Source: Nemertoderma westbladi
Taxonomy: Eukaryota > Animalia > Xenacoelomorpha
Length of the DNA: 33,736 nt
Reading direction: 5' to 3'
Assembly (NCBI GenBank): GCA_032718475.1
Contig: JAUCBJ010007959.1
Span: 1-33,736, forward strand
The notes under the pieces were generated by a model, which saw nothing but the letters and a program-made list of their open reading frames with translations, did no database searches and was not told where the DNA came from. Below are positions 10,401 through 21,440 of this stretch, piece after piece. Position numbers and translations under genes: made by a program. Every line of letters begins with the position of its first letter. Position 1 is the stretch's first letter.

Positions 10401-13400
10401 TTAAGTTCGGTCAAGGCAAAGGACAGACAATGGCGAAAAGCACCGTAGGGGCGAAGAAGAGAGGAACGGTACTACTCGGGGTAGTACCAGTGAGGTTGAT
10501 CGGAGAAGGCGATCGATCAGTAACCACGCTGATGCTGGTCAACAGTGGAGCAGCCTTCACATTGGTCGAAGATTGGGTGGCCGAAGAGATAGGACTAAAG
10601 ACAAGGCCAAGTAGAATGGCGGTAACAACGAGGTCCTGGAGATGATGACCGGACGGTGCGGGATAGCAGCGATAGCACCGGGATGCGATTATGGGGCGAC
10701 GATCGACCCCATCCAGGTGATAGAATCGATAAATATCAACGTCAGGCGACCAACCAACATCGAGGTCGAACAATATAGATTCCTGGACAGTATCGACTTC
10801 TCAATACCAGAGGTGGACGTTAGTAAGGTATCCATTATAGTAGGAATGGACTGCCCGACGGCCCACGAGAGAATGCAGACGGTCTTCGGCGAGGACAGAC
10901 AGTGTGACCCGGTGGCAATTTTAACACCATTCGGGTGGATGCTAAGTGGCCCAATTAGAACCAAGATACAGTTTAGGATGTCGGAGACATCAGGGTGCAT
11001 GTTCGCGGGAACTATGAGGGAGATGGAAGATGAAGGAGCGGAGGAGCAGCTCAGGAGACTGCTTAGGCAGGATTTTGAGGGATTGAAAGAGACCGGGGTC
11101 GGAACCTCGGTAGAGGATAAACAGGCAATACAAAGTGTAAAGGAGTCGAGGAGATGCGACGAGGGGCGGTACACCATAGGAATGGTATGGAAACAGCCAA
11201 AATTACCGCTACTGGACAACAAGGGAATGGTACTCACGAGGCTTCGTAAATTGAAGCAAACGCTAAAACGGAGCCCCGAAAAGAATGAGTACATTCATAG
11301 AACGATAAGAAAGTATGTCGAGAAAGGATGGGCCGTGGAGTTACCGGTCGACGAACCGAACACGGATAGGACCTATTACCTGCCACTTCACGTGGCTCTA
11401 GACCCAAAGAAAGGTAAACTGCGGATGGTAGTTGACGCATCGGCTAAGACCAACGGCAAGTGCCTAAATGACTATCTGCTGGAGGGTCCCAATATTTATG
11501 ACTCAGGAATCGAGGTCCTACTGAGATTCAGAAACGGGAGGCACGCCTTCACTTGCAACATCGAAGGCATGTTCAACCAAGTCCGTGTGACAGAGGAGGA
11601 TAGTGACAGCCAGCGCTTCCTATGGTACAACGGCGACGAGGAACCGTCGACAATACCGGTGTACAAGATGGTGGTGCAGAATATTGGGGCCAAGTCGTCC
11701 TCATTTACGACGACTGTGGCTGTGAGGGATATAGTAGAGGGGAAAGAGGATAAATATAGCGCCAAAGCCGTCGATATGATTCGACACGGCTTCTATGTAG
11801 ACGACGGAATGGAGTCTGGAAACACGGTTAAAGAACTACTGGATACAGGGTGCGAGGTTCGCGACATCCTGAAGGGATCCGGGTTTAACCTGACCAAGTT
11901 CCAATCCAGCTCAGAAGAGTTTATGAAAGCCATAGAGGACAGGAGGCCAGAGTCGACCATGGATAATCTCACGACAGCCAAGGGACAGGACATGGCGAAT
12001 AAGAGGGTAGAGTCCCAGCAGAAGGCATTAGGGATCATGTGGAACCGAGAGACAGACGAGTTCAAGTACCAGCTGAGCCAGGAGGGCGCGGATATCCACA
12101 CAAAGAGGGGCTATGTGTCGTACATATCAAGGATATACGATCCCCTAGGCCTAGCATCCCCACTATTAGTCACGGGGAAACAGATACATAAGAAAGTATA
12201 TAAGCTAAAGGACGAATGGGATACAGAGGTCCCTGAAGAGATCAGCAAGCAATGGAGCAAGTGGACGGAGAGTTTAGAATGGATGGGGACATACAGCATG
12301 CCACGCGTATATTTTCCGGATGGGGACATGACGGATCTGGATCTACACATGTTCTCCGATGCGTCATTGGAAGCATACGGAGCGGCACTCTACCTAGTAC
12401 AATGAGAATGGACTCATAAGCCCAGACTTGCATTCAGCAAAGCAAAGTCGACGCCGCCAGATTCAGCATCAGTCCCGAAACTCGAGTTGATAGCTGCTAG
12501 ATTAGGAGTAAGGGCCACAGCCTACTTGATGGATACTATTCCCAACATAGTGGAAACACACTACTGGACGGAGTCCATGGTAGTGCTTGGATGGCTACAT
12601 AATGAGAAGACGAGATACCCTATTTTCGTTGCAAATAGGGTGGACGAAATAAGAGCGACAACTGAGTTGGAAAGGTGGCACTACTGCCCAACGGATGAGA
12701 ACCCAGTGGACTTGTTATCGAGGGGCGTGGCACGCCACACTTTCTTGAAGAAGGAAGTATTGTGGCAGCATGGGCCACAATTCCTGAACGATAAAACGGC
12801 CTGGCCACCGATGAAGAAGGTGGACCCGGGCTCAGAGGAAGTAGCACTAGAGGAAGAGGGAGGAGACTCAGAAGGTGAAGAGATATATAGTCAAATGGCG
12901 AGGGAGATCAGGGAGGTGCAACCAAAATCAGAAGAACCATGCGATAACCCTATGGATAAACTCCTCAGCTACAGCTCAAGTTGGTACAAGACCAAGAAGT
13001 TGGTGGCGTATTGGAGAGCCTTCGGGGATTTCCTCAAGGGAATTGGCAGGGACGCCAAGAGGAAACCAAACATCGATCTGGAGGGAGCGGCGAGGGCCGT
13101 GATTTGCTACGAACAGAAAAGGTACTACGGCGACGGAGTGCAGCGCGTCAGTAAACAACAACATCTTCATCAGGACAGCGAGCTCATCATGCTGTCGCCA
13201 CAACTCAATAACGATGGGATCCTAGTAATGAACTCTAGAGTGCTAAGTAACAACAGCCTCATTATCCCACCGAAACCCATCATCATCCCAAATAGATCGC
13301 CGATAGTACACCAGATCATTTGGGACTCCCACAAGTCGATATTGCACGGGGGCACCAACCAGACCCTCACGGAGATACGGAGGACCTTCTGGTTCACACA

Positions 13401-14439
13401 GCTAAGAAAGAAGGTGAAGGCGGTAGTGGGGCAGTGCCAGACCTGCCGACGGACGAGGAAGGAGCGGGCCGTACAGGAGATGGCGCCATTACCGGCCAGC
13501 AGGGTGAGACAGCACGACCCGCCATTCACGCACTGCGGTGTAGATATGTTCGGGCCGATAAAGATCAGGGTGATGCGGCACACGGAGAAGCGCTATGGCA
13601 TCATCTTCGTATGTAACAACACGTGGGCAGTAGGAATAGAACTCGCCCAAGACGCAACCGCATCGGCATTCATCAATGCCCTAGAGAGGTTCAGAGACCG
13701 CAAAGGTGGGACGATCGCAGTGATATACTCCGATAATGGAACCAACTTTGTGGGGGCGGAGAACGAGCTGGCAGAGGCCTTGGACATCCTGGAAGGAGAG
13801 GAAGTCAGGGCAGCCATGAGAAGACGACAGGTGAAGTGGGAGAGGAGGACGCCATATGCTCCGCATACTTTACGATGCGTCGAGAGACTCGTGGGTAGTT
13901 CCAATCGTCTGATGACGAAGTTGATGAACACCCACATGGCGACAGAGGATGTACTAAGGACGGTACTAGCAAAATGCGAGGGTATCATTAATAGCAGACC
14001 GCTATACCCAGAAAATGATGACCCAGAATCATTAGATGTGCTGACACCCAGTCACTTTCTAATGGAGAGGCCAGCGACCATCGACATGCGGGGTGTAGAT
14101 CCAGACGACATACACTCCCGACAGAGTTGGAAAGTCGCTAAGGCGATAAGCGCATAGTATTGGAGGAGGTGGGTTGAGGAATACCTACCCACGCTACATA
14201 GGAGGAGCATGTGGAGAAATACCACTAGGGAGTTGGAGAAGGGTGATTTGGTGATCGTCACGGACTACACCATTATCAACAATCAGTGTCGATTAGCAAG
14301 AGTCGTGGAAACTTACTCCGACAAGGACGGAAGAGTCCGATCGGTGGAAGTGTGGATAGGGGGTAAGATAGGGGCGAAAGATAGGAAGACCTACAGGAGG
14401 GCTGTACGGAAGTGTTGCCTATTAGAGGGCGCACCTTAG
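10401..14439 (+). pseudogene. pol: Pol of BEL/Pao: protease, RT, RNase H, integrase
   Basis: PR LV[N]SGA. RT YYLPLH, LRMVVDASAK, CLND, YVDD (11794). RNase H LHMFSDAS..AYGA, VPKLEL. IN H-H..CQTC, GVDMFGP, YSDNGTNFVG, ERLV and C-terminal RRWVEEYL...DGRVRSVEV. Frameshift ~10640, in-frame stops at 12403 and 14155, final stop 14439. Confidence 0.95.
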
Positions 14440-14599
14440 TGTTTAGTCGTCCAAATGTTGGACTGATGGGGGTGGGATTGAGGGCGAGACGCCCTTCCCA
14501 CACAAAACATAAAAAAAAAAAAAAATAAATAAATAATAGAGAAAGAGAGTAACAGAAAGGAAAGTAATAGTACATAGTAGGTACGTAGTAAGTAAGTAG

Positions 14600-15120
14600 G
14601 CAGATAGAAGTTAGTTAGAGAGTTAGTAAGAGTAGTAAGAGGGTACGTAGTACCATTAGTTAGAGAGTTAGTAAGAGTAGTAATAGGGTACGTAGTACCG
14701 TTAGTAAGAGTTAGTGGAGTTAGTTAGTAAGAGGTTACGTAGTACCATTAGTAAGAGTTAGTGGAGTTAGTTAGTAAGAGGGTACGTAGTATCGTTAGTA
14801 AGAGTTAGTGGAGTTAGTTAGTAAGAGGGTACGTAGTACCATTAGTAAGAGTTAGTGGAGTTAGTTAGTAAGAGGGTACGTAGTACCGTTAGTAAGAGTT
14901 AGTGGAGTTAGTTAGTAAGAGGGTACGTAGTACCATTAGTAAGAGTTAGTGGAGTTAGTTAGTAAGAGGGTATGTAGTACCATTAGTAGAAGAGTTAGTA
15001 AGAGGGTACATGTAGTACCGCTAGTAGAAGAGTTAATGAAAGGGTACGTGTAGTACCGTTAGTAGAAGAATTAGTAAGAGTTAGTGTGCTAGTAAAAGCT
15101 AGTAGAGTTAGTAGTGAGTA
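14600..15120 (+). repeat. 47-bp tandem array between pol and accessory ORF
   Basis: Unit GTTAGTAAGAGGGTACGTAGTACCATTAGTAAGAGTTAGTGGAGTTA. The TACGTAGT motif recurs at 14736, 14783, 14830, 14877, 14924 (variant at 14971), with degenerate units on both flanks. Confidence 0.95.
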
Positions 15121-15512
15121 GTGAGAGGGGGGCACGTGGGTACAGCAGGACATATCGTGTAGGCCACACGAGACATACTACTGTACTGCACAGCCCATAG
15201 AGTAGGCCAGAATATGAATTAAAATAATAAATAATCCATTAATAGATACTAATAGCACAGTTGTAGGATTAAAATAAATATTAAAATCAAAAATTAAACA
15301 AATTATGGTAACAGTAGGCAGGATATTCTAGAACATAATTAAAGTAACTGACAAAATTAGGGAATTTACGAAATTTGGCACTTTAGGAAATAAAAGTAGG
15401 AAAATTCGGCAATAACCTAGCGTTCAGAGAGAGATAGGCCATTATCGGACCGTACAGACCATCCTAACTACATCACTCACTTATATTGTGCCTTGGTAAG
15501 GTACCACCTTAG

Positions 15513-16511
15513 GTGAGCGATCGGGAGAGTTCGAAAAAGGCGGAGAAACTTGTTAGAAAGAGAAAGGCGGAGTTGGGAGGAAAGGAGATACTGGTGGATT
15601 TCACCGAAAGGCATCCGGAAGAGAAGACGAGGGGATACTACGAGCGGTTGGAGAAGGGTCACAAAGCGCGAGCACTCCAGGACCATTTCAGGGAGGTGCA
15701 CGAGAAGCGGCTGGTTGGGACCTACGGGACACCGACGCTAGACAACGCAATCTTCGAGCATTTCCACTACGTGGTAAAAGGAGACGAGGCGAAGTTCGGG
15801 ATACCGAAGTATCCAAAGGAACCACCGAAAAAGGACTGGAAGAGGTTCGTAGAGTCCGTCAGCTGGGGAGGGTACATGGTCCTAGACGACGAGGGGACCG
15901 TGGAAGACGAGGAAGGTTCGAGAAGAGTGTCGGCGGGGTTGGCCAGAACCGTACTCCTGCATTTGGCCGCGCCAAATGGGGATATATTCATGTTCGATCT
16001 GGGGACGTATGGGAAGAAGAACGGGCCAAAGTTTAACCGGTTGCCAAGGGCGGTGCAGAGCCTAGTAAGAGAGAAGTCAACGATAAAGGTGGGATCGGTG
16101 ATCCGCGACGATGCGGAGAGAATCATCGGTCCGGAGACCCCCAACCTCCTGGACATGCAAACGGTCTACATGGCTATGACAGCACCAGCCGGGTTGGGAC
16201 TAGTAGAGAACACGGACCATTGTGGAGCGGTGGCGATGGGCCAGCTAATGGGGCTCGTATGCCACAAACCAATGGACTGGGGTAAATTCAGGGAGGAGTA
16301 CGGAGCGGAGTTGGCGAACTCGCTGAAGTGGGGAGCGAGACTGGGGAAGCAAGAGGTGTATCAATTCCGGAGAGGGGCGATAAAGATATATCAGAAGCGA
16401 TATATCCTGCAGGAGGACTGGATAATGATAGGTTTGCTAAACCTATTCATGACCGAGGTTATCGAAAGAGAACCAACAGCATTTCTGCTATCGGGATCAC
16501 CCCTGAACTAG
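15513..16511 (+). CDS. Accessory ORF, part 1: DEDDy-type 3'-5' exonuclease domain (WRN/EXD/Mut-7/RNase D-like)
   Basis: ExoI YMVLDDEG (D 15885, E 15891); RTVLLHLAAPNGDIFMFDL; LPRAVQSLVREKSTIKVGSVIRDD (ExoII D 16110); LLDMQ; QLMGLVCHK; ExoIII-like YQKRYILQED (Y 16401). All in the canonical order. No ATG before the domain. Confidence 0.78.
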   Translation: MSDRESSKKAEKLVRKRKAELGGKEILVDFTERHPEEKTRGYYERLEKGHKARALQDHFREVHEKRLVGTYGTPTLDNAIFEHFHYVVKGDEAKFGIPKYPKEPPKKDWKRFVESVSWGGYMVLDDEGTVEDEEGSRRVSAGLARTVLLHLAAPNGDIFMFDLGTYGKKNGPKFNRLPRAVQSLVREKSTIKVGSVIRDDAERIIGPETPNLLDMQTVYMAMTAPAGLGLVENTDHCGAVAMGQLMGLVCHKPMDWGKFREEYGAELANSLKWGARLGKQEVYQFRRGAIKIYQKRYILQEDWIMIGLLNLFMTEVIEREPTAFLLSGSPLN

Positions 16512-18079
16512 AGAAGAGCCTTCAAAGTGGCTTTCGAGGGTCTGGTAGACCACCCGGGGCTGAAGGGCGAGTCGATATACTATAACTGCCGATATCTAGT
16601 AGACAGGGAGGTGGCTACACCATATCAAAGGTGGGAGCAGCTAGAGGCGGATAGACGAGAGGCGAAGCGATTGGAAGAAATCGCTAGATGAGAAAGGAGG
16701 AAGGCAGAAGAAAGGGAGGCGGATGCTAGAGGAGAGGGCTACTTGTTCGAGGAACAGGAGGCCTTGGACGATCTACACTGGACATCAGGGGCGAGAATTG
16801 GGGTAGATGGTAGGATCAGCGAAACAGTCGACATTGGGATGGCAGACGACGCCCATACCAGCGGGTGCCGAGGGCGATTTCGCAGAGAGAAGGCCAGGGG
16901 AACTGGAAGGATGGAGAGTCACGGGCGAGAGCCAAGGTGGGAAGGGACACAGTGGGTCCACCGGGTAACCGGGTTTGGAGCCACTCCCAGAGGAGGACGA
17001 GGATGATGACGAGTTCGGAGAGATGCCACCCATCGGGAGAATCGGCCACTCAGACACGGACTGGGTTGGCGGGAGAGTGGTGACGGCCAGCGGGGCGAGG
17101 GCCTTCTGGGATAGACCCGGCAAGCGGGCCTGGGTGCATGAGGAACCGGCAATGGATTTCACGGGGAGCACCATCAGGTTGGGCGAGCAACCGGGATCGG
17201 CACCACGGGTAGTATTCGGAGACGACGATGCCCAGGCGAGACGAGGAGATAGACATGGACAGGGACGCTAACGTCCAGAAGTTCGCTTACCAGCGACTCC
17301 ATAGACCGAGGAGATCACTTGGGACGAAAGACGACGTGGGGCGGGAGGCATTGGTACTCGGCTGCGATTACTGCGGGAGGCAAACTCACCAGGTAAGGAG
17401 CTGCTTGTACCGATTCCAAAGTGGGACGAGCTGCCTCTACTGCCGCGAGTCGAGTCATAGGATGGGGGCGTGTCCATGGTTGCACAAGTGTTCTAAGTGC
17501 AACTTCCGGGGGCACTACGGACGCCAGTGCGACTGGATGGACGATGAGGAGAAGTTTAAGATCTTCGAGGAGTGGGCCGATGTCGGCGCCATGACGCCGC
17601 AGCGGATGAAGGCCCAGGAATTCCGGTGGGGCTTCTTTAATATTAACCAGGAGGCCCACCTGGAAATCATCAAACGGAGACTTCCATTCACTTATCAGGA
17701 AGTGTCAACGGCGGCGACGTATGCCAGAGTGATAAATACACAGAGGTATTTAGATAGGTGGACGCCAGAGAACCGGGGAGAGTTCAGAGATTTCTTGGCG
17801 GAGCATGTGCCTCGGGCCATGAAGGTGATCCTATGGGACGCCACTAGGGGGAAGCAACAGGGCCATTCGGAGGGGCCACCCGCGAAGCGATACCTGGAGC
17901 TAATAACACCAGCACCCAAGGAGTCCACGGCGGGAATCAGCAGGGAAGTGACGGCAAGGATCAGGAACCTTAAAGGGGACAAGAACAAGGGAGCGGCGAC
18001 GACCAGGAAGCGACCGAGAGAGGAGGACGACAGAGGGAAGGAATTGAGATGGTTCCCAAAATCAGGAGGAGCGAACTAG
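16512..18079 (+). pseudogene. Accessory ORF, part 2: coiled-coil/acidic linker, 3x CCHC knuckles, basic tail
   Basis: Frame continues past TAG 16509 and TGA 16689, then two frameshifts (into ORFs 16975 and 17228). Three CX2CX4HX4C motifs at 17363-17530, plus PPAKRY and TRKRPR. Confidence 0.8.
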
Positions 18080-18782
18080 AACTTGGAGAGGGAGATGTGG
18101 GGATGCCTGGAAGGCACCACATGTGAAGTAATACGAACTCCTAAGTGCAAATTTAATTAAAAGTGCAATTAGTATGTACGTATGTAATAATCATTAGAAT
18201 AGAATATAATCATATAGCCAATATAACCAAAGTAAGTACTATAGTCATCTAACCTTTTTCCAATTAGCTACTGGGACTGGGGGCCAATTGACTATGACAG
18301 GAGGACGGGAGACTAGACGTAGCACTACACACTTGACACTTCTTAAGTGCGACGGCACAGAAGGGGAGGGTGAGGCTCGTCAGGAGTGAATGGGTTAAAG
18401 GTAGACAAGGGTTGAGTATAGAACGCGTGGAGATTGCGATGTGGAGAGGCGAGTGCAATTCAAGTGTGGGGGGGGGGGGGGGAGGAGTAAGAGACAGAAT
18501 GAGGGATGAAGAGGTCCGAGAATTAGAGTCAGTTAGAGTGGAGTGGGGATAAAATTGTGTGAGAGAAATCCACAATTGTCTCGAACCGAGATGCCAGATG
18601 TCTTGGTGCAACATAAGTGAAGTTGCACCAAGAGAGGGTAGTAATATCATACCCATAGGGAGCGGCCTGGAAAGCCGACTCCAAGAAAGAGGAGTCCACC
18701 CCACACCCGATAGTAGATCGGGTTCCAGCAGAATTGAAGCGCACTCGTAGGTGATGCTATCTTCTCACCGGGAAGATAGCAT

Positions 18783-18792
18783 GGGGGGGGAG
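18783..18792 (+). promoter_or_regulatory. Polypurine tract
   Basis: GGGGGGGGAG abutting the LTR TG. Confidence 0.9.
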
Positions 18793-19401
18793 TGTGAGCG
18801 GATTCAATTCCGCTCCACCAACCCCATAAAGTTGGGAAGTGGCGTTTTAAGCAATATTGGGGAGTACGAGGTTAATCACAATCAACCTCGTACCACCCCC
18901 AATAACAGGGACAACACACGGCCCCAAAGACCCACACAAAAGAGGTTATAGGTCAAACCTCTTGGAGAGGGAAAGTGACAGCAGCGGGGGGGGGGGGGGG
19001 GGGGAACACTCCCACAGAGGTGGGAGCCGAGAATTAGGTTATTGGCCAATCAGGGACAAGGGAAAAGCATCCGCTAGGTAGCAAGGCCTCAAGTAGAGTA
19101 GAGGTGAATATATATTACCGGTTAACGTTTGTGCCTCTTTCAGTTATCTCAGTCACACAGTGGGGACCAGTGACATTTTTGTACCGTCACCGCCGTTACC
19201 GGTATCCTATTCAGTATTTGCAATCATAGCTTATATCATATTATTCCTTATCACTGTTCTGGACAACTGTGCTATTATATTCAGTTAACTATATTACCGT
19301 TTATATCAACATCAAAGGTAACAACAACAAACTATCTTTTCTCAATCGCGTGGTGACGCGTAACACAAATCAACCGGTCGGGATCCTCTGATCCCGTCAC
19401 A
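18793..19401 (+). repeat. 3' LTR, variant B (609 bp)
   Basis: TGTGA...TCACA, preceded by the PPT. Direct repeat of 5836-6446. Confidence 0.95.
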
Positions 19402-20009
19402 CTGAGTGAGGCATGGGGAACTTGGCAGTGGCCCGCATTACGATCCGACCGACCGCCGTATTCCCAGTGTAGTAAATTGAATCTTACTGACAAGCAAGCA
19501 ATTCCGTAGTATTTATTCCTCAGTTAATCGCATCTTGATGCCACTCGGCTGCTAGGGTCCAGATACATCGGACTGTCGAAAGCTGTTTAGATGAAGAAGT
19601 TGGGGGTTTAGATGGCCTTTCCAACGACCAACGACCTGAAGACGGTACCAGTAACTCTGTACCACTGTAACAGTTAACAGTACCGGCACCGTACTGTAAT
19701 CCTGTAGTCTCCTAGCAACCAGCTGATGCCAAGCCTAATAATTTTTGGGTAGATTAATTCATTGTAACTGTAAGACAGTTACACAGATTATTACAGGAAG
19801 GGATTTAGGGGTCTTAACCTCGATTGATAAGTTTATTTTACCGAAAATAACTTATCTTTTATTGGCGCAATTGTAGGACTAATCCCATCACATGCGTACT
19901 TTTTAACCGGGTAGTGTACAAATTTAGGAATCGCGTAATTTTTCTTGAAATTAAAATCTCATATCTCTCCAAACCACGTACGCGTTTCGACCTTACTGGG
20001 TCGAAACGG

Positions 20010-20078
20010 CGTGGTGTCGGATTCGAACCTGGGACCTCGAGGTGGATGCCGCGACTACAACCACTAGACCACAGGTTC
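20010..20078 (-). other. tRNA-derived module (A/B boxes), SINE-like
   Basis: On -: TGGTCTAGTGG ... GGTTCGAATCC, followed by hairpin CGTTTCGACC-CAGTAA-GGTCGAAACG. Confidence 0.6.
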
Positions 20079-21440
20079 TTGAGATATGGAGTATTAATTT
20101 CAAAGCCAGCTGCCATTCTGTGAGAGTTACACATATGCTACACGAAGACCCCACGCAAATTCAACTTGGAAAATTTCTAAACTTTTGCCAGACTACATAT
20201 GTACCAAGTTTGGATATATTTTATCGAAATTTGGCTGAGTTATTAACGTTTAAAATTGGACACAACAGATCGACAGAACAACAGAGCAACAGTACAACAG
20301 ACACACCGATTGAGTTAGTGGTACCTGTATGCTAAGCTCGCTTACTTTCGTCGCTCGCCCCACAACTACCCTAGTTTCTATTACAGTACTTTGGTTTAGT
20401 GCTTCTATCTGTAGTGATGAATTCTGCGTTAGACGTGTGGGGCGATAGCCATGCAGCCATGTAAGTCCAGTTGGGCCTTAGCCTGTTAGCGTAGGTATGT
20501 AGTTAGTGCACACATCCGTTGTCGCCGTCGTCGTTGGAAACGTTTGAACGCTAATAAGTCAGTCAATCTCTTGAATGAAATGGAACCAAACTTGATACAT
20601 GTATTTTATTACAATTAGTGACAATATTCAACTGGATGTTTCCATCCAACTAGAGGTTGAACATCTACGTCGAGTTAATTTAATACCAGAATTAAAAATC
20701 GCAACACATAAGTCGTTGAACAATTTAATAAAGAAATTAATAGCTTTCCATATTTTCTAAACAAAATGAAACCGTCTGTCTACTCATGTATACTGGATCA
20801 TCGTTATAGAAAACTTAACACCAACCTTAGGAGGCAACGAGAGAAAGCCGCCCCAATATTAGATTATTACAACAACATATCCATTGAGTAAGAAAGTGGA
20901 GAAGAGCCTGGCCCGTCTCTTAATTTTTTACTTTATATTACGCGATCAATTTTCACTCATCTCGTCATGAACCCAACATGTATGTGACCTTTTGTTAAAT
21001 TTGTTGGCTATGCGTTTGCGGCTGTTTGGGCGGGGTATGGTAGGCCTACACTTTTCACACTTAAATATTTTGGTTGTGAAATGTTACAGGGCATAGCTAT
21101 CTGAGATATTTCATTTATATTTTATTATGCGAGGAAGAAGAACATACAACGTTATTTACTATATATGTAACAAAATAATTGTTTTCGGGTTTAACTTGGA
21201 ATCCTCCCCAAATAGTTGATATACAATTATATTTAAAATTATTTCCATGGTCATGGTCATTCACCCGTCTTTAGTTAGAGATTTGTTTGCATGAAAGACA
21301 GTTTAGTTTAGTTTTTACTGATTTATTATCTCTGATCTGACTGGGGTAATAATAAAGGATAGGATAAATGGAAGCAAAGTGTGACAGTAACAATTATTTC
21401 CCCGTCACCCTGCATGTCTTAAGTATATGATATATCAAAT

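Larger units (their letters stand above)
5087..19401 (+). mobile_element. BEL/Pao LTR retrotransposon (composite, three LTRs) with accessory 3' ORF
   Basis: LTRs, PBS, PPT and Gag-PR-RT-RH-IN order with BEL/Pao-type motifs. No matching TSD found (left CGGTA, right CTGAG). Confidence 0.93.

Noticed and set aside
9157-13988. Minus-strand ORFs (e.g. 9157-9894, 10689-11294, 13170-13583)
   Set aside because: Antisense shadows of gag-pol with no recognisable motifs.
14600-15120. CRISPR-like array
   Set aside because: Units are contiguous near-identical repeats without unique spacers, there are no cas genes, and the context is eukaryotic.
15513-18079. env gene
   Set aside because: The position fits, but there is no evident signal peptide, TM helix or glycoprotein character. 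Motifs indicate exonuclease and CCHC knuckles.
18646-18790. Self-cleaving ribozyme in the 3' UTR
   Set aside because: Hairpins are present, but I could not find hammerhead (CUGANGA/GAAA) or HDV-like core geometry by eye.
5082-19406. Target-site duplication for the LTR element
   Set aside because: Flanks CGGTA and CTGAG do not match, and internal junctions do not match either.
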